NCBI GenBank assembly: GCA_951406725.2
Contig: OX597815.1
Span: forward strand, 190,898,001 to 190,962,000
DNA: 64,000 nucleotides
Reading direction: 5' to 3'
From: Octopus vulgaris
Taxonomy: Eukaryota
The notes beneath the pieces were generated by a model. The model worked only from the letters and a program-made list of their open reading frames with translations, did not search any database and had not been told where the DNA came from. The position numbers and the translations under genes were made by a program. Positions 11,828 through 24,968 of the stretch are shown one piece after another; the first letter of the stretch is position 1; the number at the start of each line of letters is the position of its first letter.

Positions 11828-12451
11828 TAGTATTTTAAGGGCCCCGAAAAAATGTTTGTTTTAGATATATGTATTGGTATGTTTTGCAAGAAACAGCTAA
11901 GTTTCTGTCTCTGGCATTTTACATAATTCAACCTACACAAATTAATGTGTGAAAAACAAATCAGAAATTTTGAAAGAAGTTTCTATAAAACTAGTTTTTA
12001 AACATTGAATGGCTATTGGGGTCCACCGGAATAAAATAGTAATCAAACAGGTCCATAGATAAAAAATGGTAAGGAACGCCTGGGTTAAAAGGTGGGACAG
12101 TCCTAGCTGCAAAGAAACGCTTCTGATCATATCTGTTTAATCAGGGTCTGATCTGGAGTGAAACGATAACAATAAAAATCAACAACAACAACAACAACAA
12201 TAGCAACGTTTTATGAGAAAGAATGATGTTATATAAGACACAGCATTATTCAACAACAAAAAAATAGGGCATTGTCTATTGTTCATATAAACCTGACCTT
12301 TATAAATTCACAAGGGGATTAACATTTTTTACCAAGATGCTGCACATCTGTTACACACATGGTTATATAAATGTGTGTCTGTATATGTGTGTGTGCACAC
12401 ACACACATATATAAAATATAAATATATACATGTATAAATATATACATATAT

Positions 12452-12512
<61 letters not shown>

Positions 12513-12693
12513 TATAAACATAGGTGCAGGAGTGGCTGTGTGGTAAGTAGCTTGCTTACCAACCACATGGTTCCAGGTTCAGTCTCACTGCGTGGCACCT
12601 TGGGCAAGTGTCTTCTGCTATAGCCCCGGGCTGACCAATGCCTTGTTAGTGGATTTGGTAGACGGAAACTGAAAGAAGCCTGTCGTATATATG

Positions 12694-12724
<31 letters not shown>

Positions 12725-12895
12725 TTGTGTGTCTGTGTTTGTCCCCCTAGCATTGCTTGACAACCGATGCTAGTTGTGTTTATGTCCCCGTCACTTAGCG
12801 GTTCGGCAAAAGAGACCGATAGAATAAGTATTTTTCATTTCATACCTGCAGTAGATTGACCAATTAAGGTGTATAGCAAGAAGAGATGATTACAT

Positions 12896-13285
12896 AGACG
12901 CAGGAGTGGCTGTGTGGTAAGTAGCTTGCTTACCAACCACATGGTTCTGGGTTCAGTCCCATTGCGTGACACCTTGGGCAGGTGTCTTCTACTATAGCTT
13001 CGCGCTGGATTTGGTAGATGGAAACTGAAAGAAGTCCGTCGTATATATGTATATATAAATATATATGTGTGTGTATATGTTTGTGTGTCCGTGTTTGTCC
13101 CCCGACCATCGCTTGACAACTAATGGTGTGTGTTTACGCCGTAACTTAGCAGTTTGTCAAAAGAGACCGATAGAATAAGTACTAGGCTTACAAAGAATAA
13201 GTCCCGGGGTCGAGTTGCTCGACTAAAGGCGGTGCTCTAGCATGGCCGCAGTCAAATGACTGAAACAAGTAAAAGAGTAAAAGAG
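12896..13285 (+). mobile_element. Family A SINE (a second copy lies at ~12521-12830)
   Basis: A/B boxes, internal microsatellite and (GAGTAAAA)n tail. Confidence 0.87.
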
Positions 13286-13950
13286 CATATACATATACAA
13301 ATATATACATATATAAATAAACATATATAAAATATGAATATATATTTATTTATTTTTATATACTTTGGGGGTAAAGTGTAAATGGAAATTTTATTCACAA
13401 TATATCCAAAACTGACCTGGATATTTAGCAGTCTGATCAAACAAATCTCAGATTTGGAATTTGCATCTAATTATAGGCTATGATGTCTCTAGACATCTAA
13501 TTATAGGGGTATGAAATGCTTTCTATATTTGCAGATCTGGCCAATCCATGCCAAAAACTGTAAAAGTGAGACATCAAAGTAATGGTAAATTATGATGAAG
13601 GATGTGTGTGTGTGTGTCTGTGTCTTTGCATGTGTGTATGTTTGTGTGTATGTGAATGTGTATGTATGTATGTGTGTGTATACATGGCTTTGTGTGTGTG
13701 TGTGTGTTTGTGTGGATACATGTGTGCATGTGTACATGTGCATGCATGTAAATCAGGATACATGATCACATCAAAGCACTTTATGGCCATAGTTCTTTCT
13801 GGACATCAATAGGGAACTATAGTAACCACGGATACACAGACACTAAAATGACAATGATGATGATGATGATGATGATGAGGAGGAGGAGGAGGAGGAGGTG
13901 GTTAGTTGTTATTGTGTTGATCATGATATAATAATTGTTGTTATTGTTGC

Positions 13951-14181
13951 TTAACCCTTTTGTTACCATATTCCTGTTGAGATGCTCTGTGTTTCTTTCA
14001 ATTTATTTTAAATATAACAAAGAATTTAATGAAATAACTTAGTAATCATTAAGCTGGTGTTAGGAATATAAATTGTGACTAAGGTTTGGTTGAAGATTTT
14101 AATTCAGAACTTATGAAAACAAGACAATTTGTACCACAGAGCCAGAAGCAGTTTCAGCTGGGTTCCTATCAAAAGGGTTAA
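13951..14181 (+). mobile_element. Family F TTAA MITE, solo
   Basis: TTAA-CCCTTTTG…AAAAGGG-TTAA. Confidence 0.85.
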
Positions 14182-14384
14182 TCCAAATCAGTTTTGATAG
14201 AACAGGTGATCTATGATGAAGCACTTTGCACCCCTGACCATCTCATCTTATTAAATGTCTAGGGCTACAATGTCTCATGTAGCCTTCCTTACTCAAGAGT
14301 GAAGAACGTGATTTGAGGTAGACTTGGTTGCTATTTCGAGAAAGCCAAGCAACCACATAAAGACTTTCTCATGATATTCTTTCA

Positions 14385-14790
14385 CTCGTTTCAGTCATTT
14401 GACTGTGGCCATGCCGGAGCACTGCCTTTAGTCGAGCAAACTGACCCCAGGACTTATTCTTTGTAATCTTAGTACTTATTCTATCAGTCTCTTTTGCCAA
14501 ACTGCTAAGTTACAGGGATGTATACACACCAGCATCGGTTGTCAAGCAATGTTGGGGGACAAACACGAACACACAAATACACACACACACACACAAAGAC
14601 ACACACATATATATATACATATATACAATGGGCTTCTTTTCAGTTTCCGTCTCAGAAATCCACACACAAGGCTTTAGTCGGCCCAAGGCTATAGTAGAAG
14701 ACACTTGCCCAAGGTGCCCCACAGTGGGACTGAACCTGGAACCATGTGGTTGGTAAGCAAGCTACTTACCACCCAGCCACTCCTACGCCT
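14385..14790 (-). mobile_element. Family A SINE
   Basis: Full consensus in reverse orientation. Confidence 0.85.
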
Positions 14791-15616
14791 ATATATTGAT
14801 TATGGTAGTGCTGCTTCTGCTGATGCTAATGATGATAATGGCAATGCCCAAGACCATTTCTAACTTCATGGCACCATTTTATTGGTAACCGCTATTTGGC
14901 TTTCCATAACATAGAATTTTGTACAACATCACTTGTTATTTATATAGTGACACCATGGTTTAAAACAGTGCACTACACCCTTCATGGTACCTACTTACAG
15001 CCAGGCAGACTGGACCAACAAAAATACCATGGATACAGTTACAGGATACAAACCATGAATTCTTTGAGTGGAAGTCCAACACAATTTCAACTTGAATCCG
15101 AGAACTTCCACACAGCCACTTGACTTTCAAGAAATAGCAGCCAACTATCTCTCTCTCTCAAATCACAACTTATGATTTTAAAAATGAACGCATTGACTAA
15201 TGCAGAACAGTCTAGACCTATTAGAGCCACTGTGTGCAGGAGCTAAACAGGAGGGTCATAACTGAAATACCTTTGACCATAGGTCAGTTTCATCAGGACT
15301 GACCTGAAGCTAAAATAATTTAACGCCATTTCATCTGAGCCGTCCATAGTTGACGTGGCAGAAAAATCAATTAAAATGAATTGATAGTCTTTGTTTTTTA
15401 ATTTTTTCCTTGTTTCAGTTATGGCCATGCTGGGGCACCACCGTGAAGAATTTTTAGTCAAAGGAATTAACCCCAGTAATTGTTTTTGTTTTAAGTATGG
15501 TACTTGCTCTGTTGGTCCCTTATGCCAAACTGTTAAGTTACATGGATGTAAACACACCTACACCAGCTGTCAAGCAGTAGTGGGAGGACAAACAGACACA
15601 AAGACACACACACATA

Positions 15617-16488
15617 CAAGGTGCGATGGGTAAATTATTGCCATTTTATATTTTTAATTTCATGCATGCGCATTGTTTGTTTTTGATTTTGTTGACTACA
15701 CAGTATAGTAGGGTCAGTTGGGCACCGTCTGAGAGAAAAACAGCATCATGATGCAATTCACTCTGCCAGAAATTTGGCAATGACACGCTGTACTGCTTGG
15801 CATTCATGCTAGAAACTCCAATATGAACATTTCAGAGTGTTTGGGTGTCAATCTGAAAACATATACTGAGAGTGATAAAAATCAAACTTCCATCAACATC
15901 ATGGTGAATATAGTAGTCACTAGTGATGGCGATGTTATGCCTCCATTCATCTTCCAGCATGGCCTCACACTCAACATGGAGGCATACATCAAGTGCCTGG
16001 AGGAGGTAATGCTGCCCTGGGTCAAGGGGGTGGCTGCTGAAAAACCCTATGTCTGACAGCAGGATTCTGCACCATGCCACACAGGCAGGAGAACACAGTC
16101 ATGGCTGTCTGACAATTTCTGCAACCACGTCACCCCTAACATTTGGCCACCTAACTCCCCAGGCTGCATCCCACTTCATTATCATGTGTGGGGCACAGAT
16201 GAGCGAGAGACCAACAAAACTTCTTGAAACACCAAAGATGAACTGAAGGCAAGGATTATGGCAGTATTGAACAACTTAAACAAGGAGGCCTTCCAGAAAA
16301 GTTGCAGGAGATCTCAAAGTCGTCTGAAGGCCATGATTGAAGCCAATGGCAATTTTATTGAATAGCTTTACTCTCTAGTATTTCCAGATATTTTTATGTA
16401 ATTTTGGTAAATATATCTGTTAAAATGAGCTGGCAGTGTTATTTTCATTTTTGCGTAATTTACAGAACAGTTTATTCCTTGCACCTTG
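15617..16488 (+). mobile_element. Internally deleted DD37D (maT-type) Tc1/mariner transposon, inserted in the microsatellite of a family A SINE
   Basis: TA flanks (15615-16, 16489-90) and imperfect TIRs CAAGGTGCGATGGGTAAATT / AGTTTATTCCTTGCACCTTG. Decayed transposase …VMPPFIF…VMLPWV…PYV*QQDSAPCH…TQSWLSDNF…WPPNSP…. Confidence 0.85.
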
Positions 16489-16768
16489 TATGTACAACAG
16501 GCTTGATTTCCGTCTACCAAATCCACTCATAAGGCTTATTTTTTTACTGTGTCTTGTGACAACAATTGGTAAAACACCTAGCAACAACAGCAGCAGGAAC
16601 GAACCAATGAGGAACTTATACGTAGTTACAGGCCCAGCAAGACAGCAAGAGATAGCAGCCATATATTACTCCAAATTACAGTATACTGTTTTATAAAATG
16701 GACACGTTGAATAACGTCTTCTGAGCTACACTATTCCAGAAGAAAAGTTGCTACGGTCAGAGGTCACA

Positions 16769-16994
16769 CCTATTTCTTTACTACCCACAAGGGGCTAAGC
16801 ACAGAGGGGACAAATAAGAACAGACAAACGGATTAAGTTGATTATATCGACCCCAGTGCGTAACTGTTACTTAATTTATCGACCCCGAAATGATGAAAGG
16901 CAAAGTCGACCTCGGTGGAATTTGAACTCAGAACATAATGGCAGACGAAATACGGCTATGCATTTCGCCCGGCGTGCTAACGCTTCGGCCAGCT
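16769..16994 (-). mobile_element. Family B SINE monomer
   Basis: Head, central motif and tail 1 in reverse orientation. Confidence 0.85.
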
Positions 16995-17037
16995 AACCAG
17001 AACCATGTGGTTGGGAAGAAACTTCTTACCACACAGA

Positions 17038-17280
17038 AATTTTTGACAAATATTTAGTTCTTTACATAGAATTTTTGTCAAATATTTAGTTCTTTACATA
17101 GAATTTTTGTCAAATATTTAGTTCTTTACATAGAATTTTTGTCAAATATTTAGTTCTTTACATAGAATTTTTGTCAAACATTTAGTTCTTTACATAGAAT
17201 TTTTGTCAAATATTTAGTTCTTTACATAGAATTTTTGTCAGACATTCAGTTCTTTACATAGAATTTTTGTCAAATATTTA
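17038..17280. repeat. 32-bp minisatellite, ~7.6 copies
   Basis: Unit AATTTTTGTCAAATATTTAGTTCTTTACATAG starts at 17038, 17070, 17102, 17134, 17166, 17198, 17230 and 17262 (partial). Confidence 0.95.
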
Positions 17281-17621
17281 CCTATTAAAAATCGATGATG
17301 GATGCTTGCATTTTTGCTTTTAATTTCTTATTTTTACTGCAGAGCATCTAAAGTTTGATCACCTGACAGCAAACACTTCAGTGTATTCAGTAAGTAGCTC
17401 GAAAGCAGATACCTTTTCTAGGAATGGAGTCAAATACAAACTAGTAAAGTATGATGACAGTGTAAATCTGACACAGTTACCTAAACAATATATTGATTAG
17501 TAAGGTATTTTCTTTAATCAAGGTGAAAAAAAAAACAACTAACCAACCAATCAAAAGAACTCGTATGTGGTGAAGTAGTAGCTAATAGTTTGTTACTACA
17601 GAGATAATAGCAGCAGCAGAA

Positions 17622-18050
17622 CTACCGCCACCACCACCACCACCATCACTACCACAGCCACCATCACCACCACAACCACCACCACCACCACCACCACTAC
17701 CACCACAGCTACCATCACCACCACCACCACCACCATCACCACCATCACCACCACTATTACCACCACAGCCACCATCACCACCACAACCACCATCAGCACC
17801 ACCACCACCACCACAACAGCTACCATCACACCACAGCCACCATCACCACCACAATCACCACCACCATCACTACCACCACCACCACCACCACCACCACCAC
17901 CACCATCACCACCACAGCCACTATCACTGCCACCACAGCCACCATCACCACCACTATTACCACCACCATCACTACCACCACTACCACCACCACCACCATC
18001 ACCTCCACCACCACAACAACAACATTACCATCACCGCCACCACCACTCTC
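17622..18050. repeat. Degenerate (CAC)n trinucleotide tract
   Basis: Read directly; gives the poly-Val pseudo-ORFs. Confidence 0.95.
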
Positions 18051-18619
18051 ATGATCACCACAATTACAATCATTTGTCTCAGTGCAAATATTGCTGTCGT
18101 CATTGCTGTAGTCCTTGTTCCCATCAACATCTTTGTCATCTTTATAATTAATTTCTTTTTGTGTCTGTTCTTTTTTTTTGTACATTTTTTCTTGTTCTTT
18201 TTTTTTATTGTGTCTTGTGACAACAATTGGTAAAACACCTAGCAACAACAGCAGCAGGAACGAACCAATGAGGAACTTATACGTAGTTACAGGCCAGCAA
18301 GACAGCAAGAGATAGCAGCCATATATTACTCCAAATTGCAGTATACTGTTTTATAAAATGGACACGTTGAATAACGTCTTCTGAGCTACACTATTCCAGA
18401 AGAAAAGTTGCTACGGTCAGAGGTCACAGCTGTGATGACCATTGATCATAGAACTCTCTGTGCTATTCAGGTTTTATTTAGGGTTGAACAGCAACACTAG
18501 TTAAGAAAACTATAGCTGTAGAAACAGCTGAAAATACAGTAAAAGATATTCCAAGTACAGTTTTACTAGTAGAAGTGTAGTTTCAGCACTGCTAGCTAAG
18601 CTACCAAATACTCATTTTT

Positions 18620-18850
18620 AAGGCAGCGAGCTGGTAGAATTGTTAGCACGCCAAGTGAAATGCTTAATGGTATTTCGTCTGCTGCTATGTTCTGAGTTCA
18701 AATTCTTCCAAGGTTAACTTTGCCTTTCATCCTTTTGGGGTCAATTAAATAAGTACCAGTTACGCACTGGGGTCGATGTAATCGACTTAATCCATTTGTC
18801 TGTCCTTGTTTGTCCCCTCTATGTTTAGCCCCTTGTGGGCAATAAAGAAT
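18620..18850 (+). mobile_element. Family B SINE
   Basis: GGCAGCGAGCTGG head through GGGCAATAAAGAAT. Probable TSD AATACTC(A/G)TTTTT on both sides. Confidence 0.85.
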
Positions 18851-20482
18851 TACAATACTCGTTTTTTAAACACAGAGTATTTCCAAAGCTTACACTTGCC
18901 TCCTCACAAAACTGTCTCTCTGTCTATAAAATTTTGTTCTTGTGGCACTCTGTTGGTTACGACGACGAGGGCTCCAGTTGATCCGATCAACGGAACAGCC
19001 TGCTTGTGAAATTAACGTGCAAGTGGCTGAGCACTCCACAGACATGTGTACACTTGATGTAGTTCTCAGGGAGATTTAGCGTGACACAGAGACTTATTCT
19101 TTGTAAGCCTAGTAGTTATTCTATCAGTCTCTTTTGCTGAACCGCTAAGTTACGGGGATGTAAACACACCAGCATTGGTTTTTCAAGCAATGTTGGGGGG
19201 ACAAACACAGACACACAAACACACACACATATATATACATATATACGATGGGCTTCTTTCAACTTCCGTCTATCAAATCCACTCACAAGGCTTTGGTCAG
19301 CCTGAGGCTATAGTAGAAGACACTTGCCCAAGGTGCCACGCAATGGGACTGAACCCGGAACCATGTGGTTGGTAAGCAAGCTACTTACCACACAGCCACT
19401 CCTATGCACTCACGACAATGACACATAAAAAGCATACAACACTCTCTGTAAATGGGTTGACATTAGGAAGAGCATCCAGCCATAAAATCTATGCCACAAC
19501 AGACAGCTGGAGTCTGAACCTTTCCCCAGCACACCAGCTCCTGTCAAACTGTCCAACCCATGCCAGTATGGAAAACTGACATTAAACGATGATGATGATG
19601 ATAATGAAAATGATGATGATGTGTGTGTATGCATTGTCCCTCATTCCAAATATTTCATGAAAACATGTCTGGTTATAAAAAAAAATATTACTTTCTCTTG
19701 GAATCAAGTGAGGGTCGGTGACAGGGAAATCGTCCAGCCGTTGAAAATCCACCACAAACAAACATCCATTTGACCCATGCAAGCATGGAAAAGCAGACAT
19801 AGAAACGATAATGATATGATTTTCTCAACCACTAAGTATTAGCCATAAACCATTCAATCTACTCATGTTTAGGTAGGCAACAGTGACCATGAGAATTATC
19901 TGTGAGCACCATATAATAGTTGTAGGAATAGGAATGTTGATTACTTTTGACTTAACACAGAGCTGTTCCCAACGGGGTTTGAGCAATGGACTGGAAATAG
20001 TAAACCAACCAGTTTGATTATCTACTGCTCATATCATAAATTATCATCATCTTCATCATCATCATCGCCATCATCATCATCATCATCACCATCGTCACCA
20101 TCATTGTACGGCATACTCTGCCAGTGCTTCAGCAGCCTCATTCTTCTATGGCAAAGTGGAAGTGGTTGCCTTGAGGGAAAAGCATAATGTGAGCTCTCCT
20201 CCATATCCTCTCAGCACAGATTAGCTGATTCTGAGAGAGAGAGAGACAGAGAGAGAGAAAGAGACAGAGACAGAAACAAAATTAACTCCAGTACTTGATT
20301 AATACACACATACACACATACATACACATACACACACTCTCTCTCACTTTCTCTCTCTCCCTCTCTTTCACATACATACATTTACACAGACACACACACA
20401 CACATATATGCATGCACACACACATATACACATACTCTCTCTCTCTCTGTCTTTCACATACATACATACATACACACACATT

Positions 20483-20528
<46 letters not shown>

Positions 20529-20996
20529 AAATGATTTTCAATCTAGACACAAGAGCTAATATTTCTAAGAGATAATACATGAGAAGTAATTCCTTTATTC
20601 TTCTATTCTTTTAGTGATTCCAGTCAATGGCCTGCAGCCATGCTGGAGCACTACTTTTATAAATATGATGCTCATTATCTTTTTCAAGGATATTTGTGTC
20701 TTAATTGAAGTGAAATGTCTCCATTAAATTATAATTCTTTGGATTACCAATCATATCTTTAGTACAAATCGGTTTCAAATTTTGGCACAAGGCCAGCAAT
20801 TTTGAGAGATGGAGTAAAATGATTACAAGAACCCCAGTGTCCAACAGGTATTTATTTTATTGACCCTGAAAGGCAGAAAGGCAAAGCTGGCCTCAGCAGA
20901 ATTTGAAACCAGAACATAGAAACACAAAATACGACAATATATTTTGCCCAGCATGCAAATGATTCTGCCAGCCTGCTGCCTTATCTTTAGGGTATA

Positions 20997-21120
20997 CTAG
21001 CAGTATAACCCGGCTTTGCTTTGGATTAAGTTAGGATTATTAGGCTAATCAAGTTCTTTATTTCAAACCAAACTAAGTAACATCAACGTTAAATTTGGGC
21101 GAAATCCAATGAAATTGGTT

Positions 21121-21157
<37 letters not shown>

Positions 21158-21573
21158 GCAACACACATGTACATATGTACACCTATTGCATACATGTTTT
21201 TTGTACGCATACATGTTCGTGTGTATGTGTATTGCCCATATATCAACAAAACAGTTTTTTCCTCGATGGAAAAAAAAAACAACAAAAGTCTTAACAAAAA
21301 CTTACTCGTCGCTAGAAGGGCACTTAACTCCTGTTTGCAAACAATGGTGATTTCTCCAACTTGAAAATTGTTAAAAGTTTTGATTGAAAATTTATTTTTA
21401 CTGCTATTTGCTGGTGCCTCTGGGAAAAATAAGTTGACGAAAATACAGCTAGAGTCATAACGAATGTCATCTTAAAATTGGAGCGACATGCATGTTAATT
21501 TGTGGACGTGCATAAATTACATTCACGTACACACACACACACACACACAAATCCTACCTTTTATATATACAGA
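20997..21573 (-). mobile_element. Non-autonomous Helitron
   Basis: Minus strand begins A|TCTGTATATATAAAAGG and ends with a degenerate hairpin (…AGCAAAGCCGGG) then CTAG|T. Confidence 0.72.
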
Positions 21574-21689
21574 TTAACACAGTTTCAATCAGTTTGATCT
21601 TTTGATCATTTTAGGTGTTCTTATTCCTGGATGTGTACACAGATACAGATAGGATATGAACTCAGAACCCTTATTTCTAAAGTAAGACA

Positions 21690-22040
21690 AACAAGAGGAC
21701 TCAGAGAGTGCTAAACCTCCAAGGCAACACCAACATCCTCTCAACGATTAGCCAGGGATGATTTTTAAAATTAGAATATCTGAAATAAACTCAGCTGCTC
21801 TCGCAAAAGAGAATACTAAAAATGAACCTGACCACTCTTAAACATTAAGTAAAAAACACAGGGAAAATAATCCAGAATTGATCCCCAAATCTAATCAGTT
21901 TGTGCCAGTCATGAGGCCAAACATCCCTGAAAGTTTCATCTGAGTCCATCCAGCAGTTCTTGAGATATCTTGTCCACAGACAAACAAACAAACACAACTG
22001 AAAACAATACCTCCGCCTTAGCGAAGGCAGAGGTAATAAT
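21690..22040 (-). mobile_element. Helentron-associated (HINE/DINE-1-like) element
   Basis: Palindrome TACCTCCGCCTTAGCGAAGGCAGAGGTA at one end, GACAAACAAACAAAC microsatellite, and GGACTCAGAGAGTGC stem-loop at the other end. An inverted second copy lies at 50520-50873. Confidence 0.7.
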
Positions 22041-22502
22041 GTTCTTGTTCACTAAGCTACTAATGTATGTATATGTATCGTTAGTCTTTCTTCCTTATAC
22101 CACTGACAAAACATTAGTCCACAGACTACATATCTTTCTTGTACTGATGTACGTATATGCATCATTAGTCTATCTCCCTTGTACTATGTTAGTGCCACAA
22201 ACACACAGAGCGCTGGATTAACCATTAAGCAAAATAAGCACGTGCTTAGGGCATCAAGGGAAGGAGGGGGCCCCTCAGAAATGGTAAATGGTTTATGGCA
22301 TGAAAGAAATCACTTTAAACTTGCTAAAATAATATTCAGGATGCCTTTAGCTCTATTAAGTATAGTAGGTGCAGATGTGTTACCTTAGATTAATTTTGAG
22401 GCAGTACCCCAGGATAGCCACAGTCCAATGACTAAAATAATTAAAAGACGAGATTGAAGAAATCACCCTTCATCCTATTCTCACGTTCCTGCTTCAATTT
22501 TT

Positions 22503-22915
22503 TTAACTCTTTCATTACCAACCCGGCTGAAACCGGCTCTGGCTCTTTAATATAAATGTCTTGTATCATAAGTTTTGATTTAAAATCTTCCACCAAACCT
22601 TAGCCACAATTTATGTTCCTAACACCAGCTTACTGATAACTAAGTTATTTTACAAAATTCTTTGTTATATTTAAAATTTATTGAAAGAAACACATCTCAA
22701 TAGAAAAATGGTTAGAAAAGGGTTAACAAATGATTAATTTAACCCTTTCAATACCAAACTGGTTGAAACCACCTATAGCTCTGAGTACAAATGTCTTGTT
22801 TCCAAAAGTTTTGAATTAAAATCTTCCACCAAATCTTAGTCACAATTTATGTTCCTAATACTAGCTTAATGATAACTAAGTTATCTCAAAATAAATACAG
22901 TAATGAAAAGGTTAA
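22503..22915 (-). mobile_element. Family F TTAA MITE heterodimer, reverse orientation
   Basis: Units 22503-22726 and 22739-22915, separated by CAAATGATTAAT (reverse complement of ATTAATCATTTG). Confidence 0.87.
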
Positions 22916-23688
22916 ACGGCCTCTAAATGAAAAGTTCTTATAACATTATTCTTATGATAAAAGATATAAAGACATATAATGTCTCCAATATTTTCATTTC
23001 TAACGCATGAAAGAATTGAAAATCATATACAACTGAATTCAGATTATGTAGATATTGATTAGGCGATAAAATAGAAGACTGAAAAAAATAATCTAAAATC
23101 TAAATAGATCTGGAGTCAAAATGGCTGAAGCTAGAACAACTTCCAACAAAAGAGTAAAAAAAACAAGACAAGTTGTTAGCCTGGCTAATGGCATCAACAC
23201 TATTTTTTTCCTGCCCTCCATCATAGAGCAAGAAGCTGGAACATTAAATATTCCACTCCTCACAGCAATCAAACTTACTGACATTCTACATCATAATCAT
23301 CTTACACCTGCTTTCCACCTTTGTATGGTTTAGGTGTGTTGTCGCAGTCCAGTCAATTCTTATTTGGATTTGCTGCCCTACCAGATGCAGTGGAAGACCA
23401 CGTCTCACTCATACTTTCTATTTTGGACATAGCTTCTGGCTGACCACCCTTCTTAACACCAGCCACTTTACAGAGTATACCAGCAGCATTTCATCATAGT
23501 AATTGCAATAAAGGTGTATGTTCTTGACAAGACAAGACTATGTGAATAGTAAATCATTGCTGTCCATATATTATTTCACAACTACATCATCATTATTATC
23601 ATTATCATCATCGTTTAATGTCTGCCTTCAATGCAAGCATGGGTGGGATGGTTTGACAAGAGCCGACCAGGCAGAAGCGTGCATCAGA

Positions 23689-24127
23689 AATGTTAGCACA
23701 CTGAAATGCTGGCAGAAATGTTAGTACACCGGGCAAAATGCTTAGCGGTATTTCATCTGCCATTAAGTTCTGAGTTCAAATTCCGCCGAGGTCAACTTTG
23801 CCTTTCATCCTTTCGAGGTTGATAAATTAAGTACCAGTCACGCACTGGGGTCGATGTAATCGACTTAATCCCTTTGTCTGTCCTTGTTTGTCCCCTCTGT
23901 GTCTAGCCCCTTGTGGGCAATAAAGAAATAAGAAGCCTGCACCAGACTTCTGAGTTCAAATTCCGCCATGGTCGACTTTGCCTTTCATCTTTTCGAGGTC
24001 GATAAATTAAGTACCAGTCACGCACTGGGGTCGATGTAATCGACTTAATCCCCTTGTCTGTCCTTGTTTGTCCCCTCTGTGTCTAGCCCCTTGTGGGCAA
24101 TAAAGAAATAAGAAGCCTGCTCCAGAC
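23689..24127 (+). mobile_element. Family B SINE inserted in a family C copy, followed by a 180-bp tandem duplication
   Basis: Imperfect TSD AGAAGC(G/C)TGCA(T/C)CAGA at 23673-23688 and 23931-23946. Segment 23768-23947 is repeated at 23948-24127. Confidence 0.85.
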
Positions 24128-24968
24128 TTCTGTAACTGTTTTGGCAGGATTTTTGCAGCTGGATGCCCTTCCTAACACCAACCACTCAACAGAGTGGACT
24201 TACATAATTATAATAAACCCTCGGACAGACATGACGGTTAATGTATGTATCTTTGCTACAGATTCTATATCAAACTAAACAGTTGATTACCAGCTAAAGA
24301 AATATGATATGGCATCAAATTGCTGGCATTGCTTTGTTTTCATATAGCTCAATGATTAGGGTGTTTGGATCACAATCATAAGGCCATGAGTTTGATACCC
24401 AGCATTGTATTGTGTCCTTGAACAAGACACTTTATTTCACATTGCTCCAATCCACACAACTGACAAAAATTAGCAGTAAAAGGAATTTCAGGGGGCCACC
24501 CTCATTACATTTCACTTCCCTGAGAACTACATTAAGGATATGTGTATCTGTGGAGTGCTCAGCCACTTGCACATTAATTTCAAGAGCAGGCTGTTCCATT
24601 AATCGGACCAGCTGGAACATTTGTCATTATAACTGACAGAGTACTAGTTATACTTAAAAACCCTAATGTCAGAAAATAATTAATAATGACAGAAGCATGA
24701 GTGCTTATCTGAACCACAAACCCATATCAGAGGTTCTCTCGTGGTAACTATTGCAGTATTCCGTGTTCTATCACAACATCCACTTTAAAGCAGAGATAAA
24801 CATTACCTGATGTTTGTTGTTAATGAATTGCTATTTAATCTTAAGATCAACCTTGATTGAACGAGTGTATGATCAAAGAATTCCATCTGTGACTATCCCA
24901 CATTTTTAAAGATAACCAAGGCTTTTACAACACCCACATTTACTGTTGATTAGGTTACCTAGATAATA

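Larger units (their letters stand above)
10697..12082. mobile_element. hAT-type MITE hosting nested insertions
   Basis: Ends CACTGGTTCTCAAAC and GGTAAGGAACGCCTG resemble CAGTGGTTCTCAACC-type hAT TIRs. The 8-bp flanks ATTTAAAA and GGTTAAAA match at 6 of 8 positions. Confidence 0.55.

Noticed and set aside
17038-17280. 32-bp repeats as a CRISPR array
   Set aside because: The units are contiguous with no spacers, there are no cas genes, and the context is a eukaryotic intron.
17596-18308. Poly-Val ORFs that look like membrane proteins
   Set aside because: They derive from a (CAC)n repeat, with no splice or domain support.
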